From Candidatus Cloacimonadales bacterium (GTDB lineage Bacteria > Cloacimonadota > Cloacimonadia > Cloacimonadales > JAIOQZ01), in assembly GCA_963662655.2 (NCBI GenBank), contig CAXXTU010000002.1, forward strand, positions 1,792,001 to 1,856,000: DNA of 64,000 bases, given 5' to 3'. The notes under the pieces were generated by a model. It searched no databases. It was given only the letters and a program-made list of their open reading frames with translations, and was not told where the DNA came from. A program made the translations under genes and the position numbers. Shown here one piece after another: positions 38,671 to 48,420 of the stretch (its first letter is position 1; every line of letters starts with the position of its first letter).

Positions 38671-39976
38671 ATGCGGCGCTGAAACCCAGAAATGGGAAGG
38701 CAAATGCCCCGCTTGCGGCGCATGGAACTCACTTCGCGAAACAACCCGTATCGTAGGAAAAGGCAAGAAGAAGAACGCCTCTTCGATCATCGAGGAGAGC
38801 GCGAAAGCCATCCCCTTGCAGCAGGTGGACGATACGATCGTGAACCGCATGCAGACGGGTATCGGTGAGTTCGATGTGGTGCTTGGCGGAGGAATCGTGC
38901 CGGGAATGGCGGGATTGATCGGTGGAGACCCGGGCATCGGCAAGTCCACGCTGATGATGCAGGTGGCGAGTCGATGCGACAACGCGCTGTACGTCTCCGG
39001 CGAGGAGAGCGCTCAGCAAATCAAGCTTCGCGCGAGGCGTCTGGCGATCGACAATCACAAGCTCTACTTGCTCTGCTCAACGGATATCAACGCGATCGTC
39101 GATGAAATCCTGCGACTGAAACCCGAGCTTGTCATCATCGATTCCATCCAGTCCATCGGTGGAGCGCTGGAAGGTTCTTCGGCAGGGACGATTTCGCAGG
39201 TTCGAGAGGTGACCGGGACGCTTGTCCGCATCGCAAAGACGACCGGCAACGCCCTCTTCCTGATCGGGCATGTTACCAAAGACGGCTCCGTGGCCGGTCC
39301 CAAGATCATCGAGCACATGGTCGATACCGTGCTCTACTTCGAAGGAGACATGCCCTACCGGATGCTTCGGGCAGTAAAAAATCGCTTCGGCTCGACCAAC
39401 GAGATCGGCATCTTCGAGATGCGCGCGAACGGCCTGGCGGAAATCAAGAATCCCTCCGTGCTCTTCGTGGAGCATTTTCAGCCGAATCCCGGTATTTCGC
39501 TAGGCTGCATCCTCGAGGGATCGAGACCATTCCTGGTGGAGGTTCAGACCCTCGTCACTCCCGCAAATTACGGAACATCCCAGCGCGTCACCATCGGTTA
39601 CGACGCGAAAAAGCTTTCCGTGCTGCTGGCGGTGCTGGAGAAGTTCCTTTCCATCAGCCTGCGCCAGAACGACATCTTCGTCAACCTGATCGGAGGAATC
39701 CGGTCCAGCGATACCAGCCTCGATCTCGCTGTCGTGGCGTCCGTGCTATCCAGCGCACGTGAGAGCGTGCTTCCGCCTAAAACCCTCTTCCTCGGCGAGG
39801 TGGGACTCAGCGGGGAAATTCGCCCGGTGTCCCAGTACGAAAAACGAGTGAACGAAGCCATCAAGCATGGCTACGAGCAGGTCTTTATCGCGAAGAACGC
39901 CAGCCATAAGATTTCTGACATCAAGCTTCAGCGCATCGGGCACATCGCAGACCTCTATTCGCTGCTCTTCCCCTGA
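38639..39976 (+). CDS. radA: DNA repair protein RadA/Sms
   Basis: C4 zinc finger, GDPGIGKST, KNRFG, GEVGLSGEIR. Confidence 0.96.
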   Translation: MNTMDQFVCNECGAETQKWEGKCPACGAWNSLRETTRIVGKGKKKNASSIIEESAKAIPLQQVDDTIVNRMQTGIGEFDVVLGGGIVPGMAGLIGGDPGIGKSTLMMQVASRCDNALYVSGEESAQQIKLRARRLAIDNHKLYLLCSTDINAIVDEILRLKPELVIIDSIQSIGGALEGSSAGTISQVREVTGTLVRIAKTTGNALFLIGHVTKDGSVAGPKIIEHMVDTVLYFEGDMPYRMLRAVKNRFGSTNEIGIFEMRANGLAEIKNPSVLFVEHFQPNPGISLGCILEGSRPFLVEVQTLVTPANYGTSQRVTIGYDAKKLSVLLAVLEKFLSISLRQNDIFVNLIGGIRSSDTSLDLAVVASVLSSARESVLPPKTLFLGEVGLSGEIRPVSQYEKRVNEAIKHGYEQVFIAKNASHKISDIKLQRIGHIADLYSLLFP

Positions 39977-40947
39977 TCCTTCCACTCCTCCAGAACAGCC
40001 TGTTCGTTCTCGCGCGGGTAGCGCTTGTCGAAACTCTTCTTACCGTGCTCATTGTACCAGGCGATACAGTCCTTCATCGTTTCTTCCATCGGACGAAGGA
40101 TCAATCCGGCTTCCCGAGCCTTACGTCCGCTGACCTCATCAAGTCCCTCATAGCCTGTACCGGGCTCGAACATGTTCCACAGCGGATATTCGTGCTTGGT
40201 GATGATCTGATTGTCGACATAGAAGTATTTCGTATCGGCTTCCAGCGCTTCGTCGCACTTTCGCATGATGTCGCCCAGCGTGTTGCGCTTGGCCGGACCA
40301 ACCGCGTTGAACACACCCGTGATTCCGTTCTCGATCAGATGGAAACACCATCGCGCGATATCGCGAGAATCGATGAACTGGAAAGGCGCTTCGGGATTAT
40401 CCGGGCAGACCATCTCGCCGCCAAGCGAGTAGCGGATCGGGAAATAGCCGAAGCGATGCGAGTAGTCCCACAATCCGGCGATCAGTCCGGGCCGTATAAT
40501 GACGGCTCGATCGCCGAAGTGCTTTTGCACCGTCTTCTCGCATGCGCCCTTGAGCGCACCGTAGTTTCCGCCGTCGATTTGCGGAGGACGCTCCCCCTCG
40601 AACACGTCGATCTCGTCTTCCTCGACGATGCCGATCTTACTCATATCATGATACGCGGATACCGAAGAGAAGAAAATGTAGGTGCCGGCTCGATCCTTCA
40701 AAGCTCCGGCGGATAATTCCGTTTGCTCGGGGAAATAGCCGCAAGTGTCGATCACTGCGTCCCACTTCTCATCGGGAATCAGGTTGAATTCAGTGTCGCG
40801 ATCCCCGTGGATCTGGCGTACGTCGGTGAAAACGTTCGGGCGGGTTTTTCCGCGATTGAATAGGGTAATCTCGTGTCCGTTCGCAAGGGCGTAATCCGTT
40901 ATGGCTCTTCCCAGGAAAACGGTTCCTCCGATAAGGAGTATCTTCAT
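39955..40947 (-). CDS. NAD-dependent epimerase/dehydratase (extended SDR)
   Basis: IGGTVFLG, FNRG, YGALK, RPGLIAG. Confidence 0.9.
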   Translation of the reverse strand: MKILLIGGTVFLGRAITDYALANGHEITLFNRGKTRPNVFTDVRQIHGDRDTEFNLIPDEKWDAVIDTCGYFPEQTELSAGALKDRAGTYIFFSSVSAYHDMSKIGIVEEDEIDVFEGERPPQIDGGNYGALKGACEKTVQKHFGDRAVIIRPGLIAGLWDYSHRFGYFPIRYSLGGEMVCPDNPEAPFQFIDSRDIARWCFHLIENGITGVFNAVGPAKRNTLGDIMRKCDEALEADTKYFYVDNQIITKHEYPLWNMFEPGTGYEGLDEVSGRKAREAGLILRPMEETMKDCIAWYNEHGKKSFDKRYPRENEQAVLEEWKDQGKSSE

Positions 40948-41173
40948 AATTCACTCCAGTGCATGGTCTTGGGCATCTTGCTCTGTTCAAGACGCCTTGT
41001 TCGATTGATCTCTTGGAATCATCAGCGTATGCTGAGCGTGAAACATTCAGATTTGCCGGAATCGTTTTGATTCTACCCTGGGGAGTTGTTTGTCAAGGAT
41101 TGTTTATCTGAAAATAGATTTACGCTTGTATCTGTGTGAAAACGTGCCCGATATCCCGTTGATCCACCCATGA

Positions 41174-41308
41174 TCCTTCGACTCCGCTCAGGATGACAGA
41201 GAAAAAGAAAAGCTCAACACATTTGCTGAGCGGAGTCGAAGGACAGAACTACGGGCAGCTATGAAAAAATAATCGTTTGTCATCCTGAGCGGAGTCGAAG
41301 GACAGAAC
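41174..41308. repeat. Cluster of three REP-like repeats (GTCATCCTGAGCGGAGTCGAAGGA type)
   Basis: One inverted copy at 41174-41198 and two direct copies at 41226-41249 and 41278-41308. Confidence 0.8.
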
Positions 41309-41435
41309 GATTATTCTGAAGGCAGTACGAAATAGCACGTCAGTTCACAATAAGCACCACCAATTCTCATCAATGTTTAACCTCATGACGACTTGCACAT
41401 TTCATTACACTTCGGTGAATCACCTTTTCTAATAG

Positions 41436-41466
41436 AAAAGCGGGATCGGGCCGAAACCCGATCCGC
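41436..41466 (-). terminator. Terminator of the DUF134 operon
   Basis: gcgggatcggg-ccgaaa-cccgatccgc preceded by an A-run. Confidence 0.7.
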
Positions 41467-41805
41467 CTAAAACTTCGTCAGCTCGCCTTTCTTGAAGGCT
41501 TCGATGGCCTCTTCAACCGTCTTCTCTTCCTTGCAGAGATAAACTTGAATGCCTGCTGTTTGGAGTCCGCGAGCTGCGTTCCCTCCGGGACCGTTTCCGG
41601 TGATGACAACGTCGATAGCTGCGTCCGCGATCATCTGAACCGCGAGAGGTCCCGCACCGTGCGCAACCTGATCCACATTCGAGTTGTCGATCACATCGTA
41701 AGCATTACTTTCGTCGTTGAATACTACAAAATACTTCGTTCTGCCGAACCTTGGATCCAGCATGGCTTTCTGATCGCTTCCCTGCGCTGTAACTGCTATT
41801 TTCAT
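41467..41805 (-). CDS. NifB/NifX-family Fe-Mo cofactor-binding protein
   Basis: MKIAV...DPRFGR..YF...HGAG...GPG. Confidence 0.88.
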   Translation of the reverse strand: MKIAVTAQGSDQKAMLDPRFGRTKYFVVFNDESNAYDVIDNSNVDQVAHGAGPLAVQMIADAAIDVVITGNGPGGNAARGLQTAGIQVYLCKEEKTVEEAIEAFKKGELTKF

Positions 41806-42680
41806 TTTATCTCCTCGTTAAGAATTCTATCTGTAATCATTTCTATCCTGTCTTTGAACCTGCCTGGCGCATACTCGTTGATGGTTTTACCCGCTTTGAC
41901 GGCATGCTGGACAGCTTCGTCGTATTCGAACATTCCCAGCGTGGGAATCGCGTTCTCCAGAAGATATTGCTCGACTCGTTTCGTCAGATCCGGATTGAGG
42001 TCATGCTTGTTGATAATGCACCCGACTGGAATCCTGAATTTTTTCACCAGCTCGATGACCCGCTTCATGTCGTGGAATGCGGATTCCGTTGCCTCCGTGA
42101 CCAGAAGCACATAGGTTGCGCCACTCAGCGATGAAATCACCGGGCATCCGATCCCGGGCGAGCCGTCGACGAGGATGATATCGAGTCCTTTTGTCTCCGC
42201 CTGTTCGCGTGCGATTTTCTTCGTGTGGGCAACAAGCTTCCCGGAGTTTTCCCCGCCGGGAAGTAGGCGTGCATGAGCCATTACGGTTCCCGTCCGAATC
42301 GTGGAGACATACGAAGCGCCAACGTAACGAGACTTCATCGTGATCGCACCCTGCGGACAGATTCGCGCGCACAAGCCGCATCCCTCGCAAGCGAAGGGAT
42401 CCATCTCGATCGAATCTTCGCTCAACTTGATCGCCCCAAAGCGGCACTTCTCAACGCACAAACCGCACTGGATACAGTGTTCCACCGCCATTTCAGGCTC
42501 TTCACCACTGTAGAAATCCGTTTCCTCTTGCTGCATCGGCTTGAAGATGAGATGCATGTCGGCTGCATCCACGTCGCAATCGGCAACAACGCATCGATCG
42601 CCCATCGCATAGGCGAGCGCGCTTGTGATGACGGTCTTGCCGGTTCCGCCTTTCCCCGAAATTACTACAATCTCTTTCAT
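41802..42680 (-). CDS. MinD/ParA-family P-loop ATPase with inserted 2x[4Fe-4S] ferredoxin
   Basis: SGKGGTGKT, DCDVDAAD, CxxCxxC twice, GENSGKLV, DGSPGIGCPV. Confidence 0.9.
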   Translation of the reverse strand: MKEIVVISGKGGTGKTVITSALAYAMGDRCVVADCDVDAADMHLIFKPMQQEETDFYSGEEPEMAVEHCIQCGLCVEKCRFGAIKLSEDSIEMDPFACEGCGLCARICPQGAITMKSRYVGASYVSTIRTGTVMAHARLLPGGENSGKLVAHTKKIAREQAETKGLDIILVDGSPGIGCPVISSLSGATYVLLVTEATESAFHDMKRVIELVKKFRIPVGCIINKHDLNPDLTKRVEQYLLENAIPTLGMFEYDEAVQHAVKAGKTINEYAPGRFKDRIEMITDRILNEEIK

Positions 42681-43531
42681 TACACACCCTTTTCAGCAAG
42701 CTTCTCTTGCAGGAGAATCATCTGCTCGAGAAAGACAGGATTCTTGTCGTAGAGCGATAGACCGCGCGCGTACGTCTCGGCTATCGAACGCTGGTGCGGT
42801 ACTTTTACCAGGATTTCCACACCTTCCTCGCGGCAATAGCGGACAACATCGTTCTCCTCGCCATCGTCCTTGTTGATGATCACGCCGAAGGGGCGGTCGA
42901 GCTGCCGGACGGTATCCACCGCGAGGGTAAGATCGTGCAGCCCAAAGGGGGTAGGCTCCGTCACCAGCACCACGTAATCGCTGTAGCGTATCGTCTGGAC
43001 AACCGGGCATGATGTTCCGGGCGGTGCGTCGATGATGACAAGCTGTCCCGGGTACTGTTGCTCGATGAATTCGGCGGCCTGCTTGATCAGCGGGACGGCC
43101 ATCTCTTTTCCGATGTTTAATCGTGCCTCGACGAAGCGCAGGCGGTCCTGCCTCGTTTCCGTCAGAGCACCGAGTTCTTCGGGAACCATGACGAGCGCTT
43201 TTTGCGGACAGAATTCCACACACGCGTAGCAACTGTGGCATAACTGCGGGAAGATCATCAGGTGCTTGCCGAGTTGTGTTATCGCGTGGAAATTGCATAC
43301 CTTCCGGCAGATGCCGCAGAGGTCGCAAAGGGATTCGTTCACTTGTGGTACCTCTACGTAGCGCTTTAGCTGCCGCACCTTCTCACCTTGAATGAAAAGA
43401 TGCGAATCGGGCTCCTCGACATCGAAGTCCGTGAGCAAGACATCGCGACTTCTGCTCAGGTATAGTGCGAAATTAACGGAAAGGGTCGTTTTGCCGGTAC
43501 CACCCTTTCCGCTTGCAAATGCTATTCTCAT
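42680..43531 (-). CDS. MinD/ParA-family P-loop ATPase with inserted 2x[4Fe-4S] ferredoxin (paralogous partner)
   Basis: SGKGGTGKT, DVEEPD.HLF, CxxCxxC twice, DAPPGTSCPV, EPTPFGLHDL. Confidence 0.9.
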   Translation of the reverse strand: MRIAFASGKGGTGKTTLSVNFALYLSRSRDVLLTDFDVEEPDSHLFIQGEKVRQLKRYVEVPQVNESLCDLCGICRKVCNFHAITQLGKHLMIFPQLCHSCYACVEFCPQKALVMVPEELGALTETRQDRLRFVEARLNIGKEMAVPLIKQAAEFIEQQYPGQLVIIDAPPGTSCPVVQTIRYSDYVVLVTEPTPFGLHDLTLAVDTVRQLDRPFGVIINKDDGEENDVVRYCREEGVEILVKVPHQRSIAETYARGLSLYDKNPVFLEQMILLQEKLAEKGV

Positions 43532-43533
43532 CG

Positions 43534-43815
43534 TCAGGATTCGTCCAGTTCGTCGCGTTGCTTTTTGTAGAATTCGAGTTGCCGACTCAAGTTACTGATA
43601 ATCGTTTCGAGAAATGATTTATCGTCAGCCCTTCCTGCTCCGGTATCCTGCCCAAACCAGTTCCATCCACGGTTTCTTCGGCCCATACCTCCACGTCGTC
43701 CCATACGATTGAATCCTCTTCCGTAACTCGATCGCTGTCCTGATCCACACGGTCCGAAACCGCCACCGGTCATCGGGCCTTCGCCCATTGGCCCACTGCC
43801 ATCTCTTCCTGGCAT
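43534..43815 (-). CDS. DUF5320-like Gly/Arg-rich small protein
   Basis: MPGRDGSGPMGEGPMTGGGFGPC start with GGAGG upstream; coiled-coil tail. Confidence 0.82.
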   Translation of the reverse strand: MPGRDGSGPMGEGPMTGGGFGPCGSGQRSSYGRGFNRMGRRGGMGRRNRGWNWFGQDTGAGRADDKSFLETIISNLSRQLEFYKKQRDELDES

Positions 43816-43817
43816 AG

Positions 43818-44273
43818 TTACCTCCTGTTTCTGCCGCGACGTCCCCGACAACACCTGCCGTGGCCAAAGTCGCTGGCAAATTCTCTTCGGGTCACCGCCC
43901 CGCATTCGGGGCAGTAGCCGATTTCCTGTTCGATCGCCACGCTGAATCGGTGACCGCAATTGCCGCACTCGAACAAATTGTCTTTGAAATGAATCTGCCC
44001 CCCGTCGATCTCCAACGCCTTGCCTTCCAGGAGGAAGCCGGCTACCTTTTGATGCGCCTTATCCAGAAGACGCGTGAAGGTCGAACGGGAAATTTCCATC
44101 TGCTCGGCAGCCTGCGTATGATCCATCTGCTTGTAATCTGCGAGCCGTACGGCCTCCAGTTCATCGATGGACAACGTGACAGTCTCGAGCTGCTGCGATC
44201 TCAAACCCGCAGGCTTGAAACGCAGGTACTGCGGTGGCTCTTTTACAATGCGGCATTTTTTCGGTCTTGGCAT
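43818..44273 (-). CDS. DUF134 (UPF0251) putative DNA-binding protein with C-terminal zinc ribbon
   Basis: MPRPKKCR, FKPAG, ELEAVRLAD, AAEQMEISRSTF, CGNC..CPEC. Confidence 0.9.
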   Translation of the reverse strand: MPRPKKCRIVKEPPQYLRFKPAGLRSQQLETVTLSIDELEAVRLADYKQMDHTQAAEQMEISRSTFTRLLDKAHQKVAGFLLEGKALEIDGGQIHFKDNLFECGNCGHRFSVAIEQEIGYCPECGAVTRREFASDFGHGRCCRGRRGRNRR

Positions 44274-44299
44274 ATTTCATTCCTTTATCATTCGAGGCA

Positions 44300-44328
44300 A
44301 TATTGCACCATAGTGCATAATGTGTCAA
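44300..44328 (-). promoter_or_regulatory. Promoter of the DUF134 operon with an embedded palindromic operator candidate
   Basis: TTGACA-17 nt-CAATAT on the minus strand; tgcac-cata-gtgca (44304-44317) lies in the spacer. Confidence 0.55.
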
Positions 44329-44508
44329 TTTATTTCTGAAACTATCAGCAAGAATACATTAACATGCACAGCTTTAAAACATTGACATGATACAGACGGC
44401 CACTCTTATTTGAGTTATATTGGTTGTGTGGAATATTTGTTAACCTAACCCTTGATATCATCGTGTTTTTGCATCGGACGTGTATTCAATCGAAAACAAG
44501 GATGTATT

Positions 44509-44955
44509 ATGTGGTCAATGCTGGACTTTGTTTTCTTACCTTACTTTGTTATTGCGGCATTCGTGTACGGCACATACAATGAGCATGTTGGAACCGGTAT
44601 TGTAGCAAGCTTATATGCCGGAGTGATCCTGATTGCATACTTCATTGCCCTTAAGCTTTTCTTTTTGCTGGTCATGTTTATCCAGTTCATTGTATGGGTA
44701 ATTTTACCATTGGGGGACAAACTTCAGCATTTGACATTCGAGATTATACTAACCCTCACCAAGCTCTTTGCCATCTTCCTTGCTGAAGGCGTTGTAACTG
44801 AATGTGTAGTAAGCGATCGTCTCAACTTCCTGGACCCCATGACAAATCCTTTTGTTGAGAGATTCAGTGGCATCATCCATATAATCTTCATTGTCGGTGT
44901 TATATTGGATATCTATTTATTGATAAAAACAGGACATCGATTATTCAGACATTAA
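44509..44955 (+). CDS. Hypothetical AT-rich membrane protein
   Basis: About four hydrophobic segments; AAGGA upstream of ATG 44509. Confidence 0.6.
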   Translation: MWSMLDFVFLPYFVIAAFVYGTYNEHVGTGIVASLYAGVILIAYFIALKLFFLLVMFIQFIVWVILPLGDKLQHLTFEIILTLTKLFAIFLAEGVVTECVVSDRLNFLDPMTNPFVERFSGIIHIIFIVGVILDIYLLIKTGHRLFRH

Positions 44956-44964
44956 ATCAGATCA

Positions 44965-45366
44965 CTATTTATTATTCACGATTGAGTTCACAAATTCCCC
45001 GATTTTATCCCTCACCTCCCGGAACTTCTCGACTGGCTGCCCGTCCGGATCCTCGAAGCTCTCGTGCAGGCGTTTGCCGACGTTACCAATAAACACGGGG
45101 CAAGTCTCCTTCGCGGCGTCACAAACGGTGAGTACCACATCGAACGACTGATCGAGAAACTGCTTCACGTGCTTCGGTTTGTTATCGGAAAGGTCGATGC
45201 CAGCCTCCTCCATAACCTGAACGGCCAGCGGATGGACGCGCGGTCCGGGATTCGTACCCGCGGAGAACGCCTCGATATCATGATACTGATTGAGGAATCC
45301 TTCCGCCATCTGAGAGCGACATGAGTTTCCCGTGCAGAGTACGAGAATGCGTTTCTTGCTACTCAT
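44965..45366 (-). CDS. arsC: Thioredoxin-dependent arsenate reductase (LMW-PTP fold)
   Basis: CTGNSCRSQMAE, TVCD..KETCP, FEDP. Confidence 0.92.
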   Translation of the reverse strand: MSSKKRILVLCTGNSCRSQMAEGFLNQYHDIEAFSAGTNPGPRVHPLAVQVMEEAGIDLSDNKPKHVKQFLDQSFDVVLTVCDAAKETCPVFIGNVGKRLHESFEDPDGQPVEKFREVRDKIGEFVNSIVNNK

Positions 45367-45739
45367 TGCAAATAGCCTTCTCGATTATATCCACAACAAT
45401 CTTCGTATTCTCAGCGTCCGCCGGGCTCTCGCCCTTTGCGAAACCGAGATCGCCAAGCTGGAAATGATGCGTGACTTCCAGATTGTATTTCTCGATGCCC
45501 TGCTTTGCGCAATTCACCGGACAGCCGTCTATCGCGATGATCCCGGGAGCGCTCCCAGCTTTTTCAATGAAGCTGTCCAGCCCTGCGCCAATCCCCGCAA
45601 GACAATGCATGCTACCTGCCCCGCTCAGCGTCAGATATCGTGCTACCCGGTCTGTTAGCGCACCGACATCCGCTCCTCCCGAGCACGAGTAAATGAGCAT
45701 TTTCCCACCTTCATTCTCACAATTACATTTACAAGACAT
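45359..45739 (-). CDS. DGC-domain putative zinc-binding protein
   Basis: CSGGADVG, CLAGIG, IDGCPVNCA. Confidence 0.85.
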   Translation of the reverse strand: MSCKCNCENEGGKMLIYSCSGGADVGALTDRVARYLTLSGAGSMHCLAGIGAGLDSFIEKAGSAPGIIAIDGCPVNCAKQGIEKYNLEVTHHFQLGDLGFAKGESPADAENTKIVVDIIEKAICNE

Positions 45740-45740
45740 T

Positions 45741-46451
45741 TTATCCTCCAAATACAATATTTTTCAGTAAATCGTAGAGACGGTACAATCCATATAGAAT
45801 CAGAATCGATCCGCTTACATAGCGAAACCATTTTCCCAGGTTACCATGACGGCCAAGCGTTGAGAACCGTTCAAAGGATGTACCCACAACGATGATCACA
45901 ACGCAATGTCCCAGCCCGAATGCCAGGACAATACTCGCGGCGATGGCGATATCTGTAGAGAGCTTCTCGAGAAACATTCCCAGAACCGGAGCCATGAACG
46001 AAAACGTGCAAGGCCCCAGGCCAGTCCCGAAAAGCAAACCGGCGACAAAAATCCCCCAGAAACCTTTCTTGTGTGATTTCAGCGTAAAACCCGGGACAAA
46101 TGGAACCACGCCAAGAGTTGCCAGACCGAAGTAAACCAGCACAGCGATCAGAAAGAACTCTCCGAACAATCCGAGGTTTCCCAACATCATTCCAAGCAAA
46201 CCGGTAATCAGGCCGATTATGAGGATCGATATAAATATGCCGACCGAGAACAGTGTGGACATGATCAGCGTTTCCCGGGCTGTATTCGTTCCCCTGACGG
46301 TCATGTAGCCAAGCATCAACGGAATCCCTGTCAGATGACATGGAGAAAGCAGAACCGATGCGATTCCCCACAGAAACGACCCGAGCATCAAGATTGCACT
46401 CTGACTCGAATATGTCAGTTGCGACAAAGCCTCGAATAGAGCGTTCATCAC
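45741..46451 (-). CDS. ccdA: CcdA/DsbD-type transmembrane electron transporter
   Basis: LSPCHL and LGPCTF motifs in a 6-TM protein. Confidence 0.85.
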   Translation of the reverse strand: MMNALFEALSQLTYSSQSAILMLGSFLWGIASVLLSPCHLTGIPLMLGYMTVRGTNTARETLIMSTLFSVGIFISILIIGLITGLLGMMLGNLGLFGEFFLIAVLVYFGLATLGVVPFVPGFTLKSHKKGFWGIFVAGLLFGTGLGPCTFSFMAPVLGMFLEKLSTDIAIAASIVLAFGLGHCVVIIVVGTSFERFSTLGRHGNLGKWFRYVSGSILILYGLYRLYDLLKNIVFGG

Positions 46452-46852
46452 TTCTTTTCTTTGGGTGCAATACCGCGATCAGCGAACAGTTTTACAATCT
46501 CATCTGTTGCAAAGAATCCCTCGTGCCTGAAGAACTCGCTACCATCCTCATCCAGGAATATCTGTGTGGGAATGAGCCTGACCTGGTATTCCTCGGCGTA
46601 ATGCTTGTGCTCTTTTGTCCATACGTCATAAAAAATCACTTCCACCTGACCCTCGAATTTCGATTCGATTTCCGCCATGACGGGCTTCATCTGCTTGCAT
46701 GGAATACAGCGATCCGAACCCAGCTCAATGAAAGTGACGGTAGGTTTCGTTGCATTTTCTTGTGAGTTCTCTGGCTCATTGTCTTCGGCAAAGAGAGCCG
46801 ATGCGAGCAGAATACATACCGCAAATAGAACAGCAATAACACTGATTTTCAT
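46448..46852 (-). CDS. Exported thioredoxin-family protein
   Basis: Signal peptide, CIPC, IPTQIF. Confidence 0.88.
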   Translation of the reverse strand: MKISVIAVLFAVCILLASALFAEDNEPENSQENATKPTVTFIELGSDRCIPCKQMKPVMAEIESKFEGQVEVIFYDVWTKEHKHYAEEYQVRLIPTQIFLDEDGSEFFRHEGFFATDEIVKLFADRGIAPKEKK

Positions 46853-46860
46853 TTTACCTC

Positions 46861-48162
46861 CTATGAGAAGAACAACCCGAACAGGTATCCGCTGATCGTT
46901 GCCATCACAATGACCAGTCCCACAAAGACGACGGTCTTCTTGGTTCCCATCACGCTTCTGATAACGAGCATATTGGGCAGACTCAGCGCGGGTCCCGCTA
47001 GCAGCAGGGCCAATGCCGGCCCCTTACCCATGCCGTTTCCGATCAGTCCCTGTAAAATGGGGACCTCCGTGAGTGTCGCGAAGTACATGAACGCCCCCGC
47101 GAACGATGCGAAAAAGTTGGACAGCAGACTGTTGCCGCCCACAGCGCGATCGATCCACGATGAAGGGATCAGCCCCTCTTGCCCGACCCTGCCCAATAGC
47201 AGACCGGCCACCATCACACCGAAAAGGAGTAGTGGCAGAATCTGCCTGGCGAAATCCCATGAGGAGTTGAACCACTCAGCGCCTTCCCCTTTCCCGAAAA
47301 CGAGCACAAGCGAAAGCGCGAGAACGCCTGCGGAGAACGCGAAGACCGGCTGTTCCGGAAGAAGGATCGCAAAGAGAATCACGGGAATCGCGGCAATGAG
47401 TATCTTCCACCACCTCAGTTTGAACCAGCTCACCAGCATCGCGCCGAGTCCCACGGCAAACACAGCCGTGATCAACCACTTCGATTGATAGATAGCGTTC
47501 CAGAGCCCGTGATCGTGCATGGGTTTACCCCAGTTGGCAAAAATGAGAATTCCGGCAAGCGATGCGAAATATAATCCGTTCTGCCAAAGCGGACGCCCCT
47601 CGTCCGTATCGGGCATCGCCATTTGGATTTTCTGGCGTTCACCTTCCTCCTTGCGGAAGATTAGCTGCATCATAACACCGATCACGATGCTAAACACAAC
47701 CGCGCCAATCGCTCGGGCGATACCCAGCTCGAGACCGAGTATCCTCGCGGTGAGGATGATCGCCAAAATATTAACGGCAGGCCCGGCATACAGAAATGCC
47801 ACGGCAGGTCCGAGACCGGCTCCCATCCTGTAGATACCGCTGAACAAAGGCAACACGGTGCACGAGCAAACCGCCAGGACGGAGCCCGATACCGATGCAA
47901 CGCCGTAGGCGACTACCTTCTTTGCCTGTCCGCCGAGATACTTCATCACCGCGGCCTGATTGATGAAGACCGCAATCGCCCCAGCGATGAAAAAGGCCGG
48001 AATCAGGCACAGCAGAACATGTTCACGTGCGTACCACCGGACCAGGTGAAACGACTCCAGTACCGCGTTTTGAAACCGCGCGGAACCCACCGGCAGGAAA
48101 TACGCCACCAGGAATACCGCCGCGATCAGCAGCAGCTTTTTCCACTCCTGTTTCCAATCCAC
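46861..48162 (-). CDS. arsP: ArsP/DUF318-family permease
   Basis: AVCSCTVLPLF, YFATLTEVP, GPALSLP. Confidence 0.85.
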   Translation of the reverse strand: MDWKQEWKKLLLIAAVFLVAYFLPVGSARFQNAVLESFHLVRWYAREHVLLCLIPAFFIAGAIAVFINQAAVMKYLGGQAKKVVAYGVASVSGSVLAVCSCTVLPLFSGIYRMGAGLGPAVAFLYAGPAVNILAIILTARILGLELGIARAIGAVVFSIVIGVMMQLIFRKEEGERQKIQMAMPDTDEGRPLWQNGLYFASLAGILIFANWGKPMHDHGLWNAIYQSKWLITAVFAVGLGAMLVSWFKLRWWKILIAAIPVILFAILLPEQPVFAFSAGVLALSLVLVFGKGEGAEWFNSSWDFARQILPLLLFGVMVAGLLLGRVGQEGLIPSSWIDRAVGGNSLLSNFFASFAGAFMYFATLTEVPILQGLIGNGMGKGPALALLLAGPALSLPNMLVIRSVMGTKKTVVFVGLVIVMATISGYLFGLFFS

Positions 48163-48165
48163 GTT

Positions 48166-48405
48166 TTACCTCTCTTTGCCGATGAACTCTTTCACTTTTT
48201 CCACAGTGAGCACTTTCCCCACGGAAACGACCTTTTCATCGATCACAAGTGCGGGGATCGTCATGACACCATAGGATACTATCTTATCCAGATCCACGAC
48301 CTTCTCCACTTCGATTCCCAACCCAAGTTCCTGGACCGCCTTGATCGTATTGGCCTTGAGTTGCTCACACTTGGTGCAATTGGCTCCGAGTATCTTGATA
48401 TCCAT
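48166..48405 (-). CDS. Small redox-active disulfide protein (MTH895/thioredoxin_3-like)
   Basis: IKILG.NCTKC, YGVMTIPALVID. Confidence 0.88.
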   Translation of the reverse strand: MDIKILGANCTKCEQLKANTIKAVQELGLGIEVEKVVDLDKIVSYGVMTIPALVIDEKVVSVGKVLTVEKVKEFIGKER

Positions 48406-48420
48406 TTTCCTCTCCTTCTA

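Noticed and set aside
41174..41308. Possible mini CRISPR array
   Set aside because: Mixed orientation, only three units, no cas genes; fits REP-like repeats
41467..41805. Nitrogen fixation inferred from the NifX-like gene
   Set aside because: No nifHDK in the window; this family is common in non-diazotrophs
43816..43968. Longer N-terminus for the DUF5320 ORF
   Set aside because: It overlaps DUF134 out of frame; the family start MPGRDG at 43815 has its own RBS
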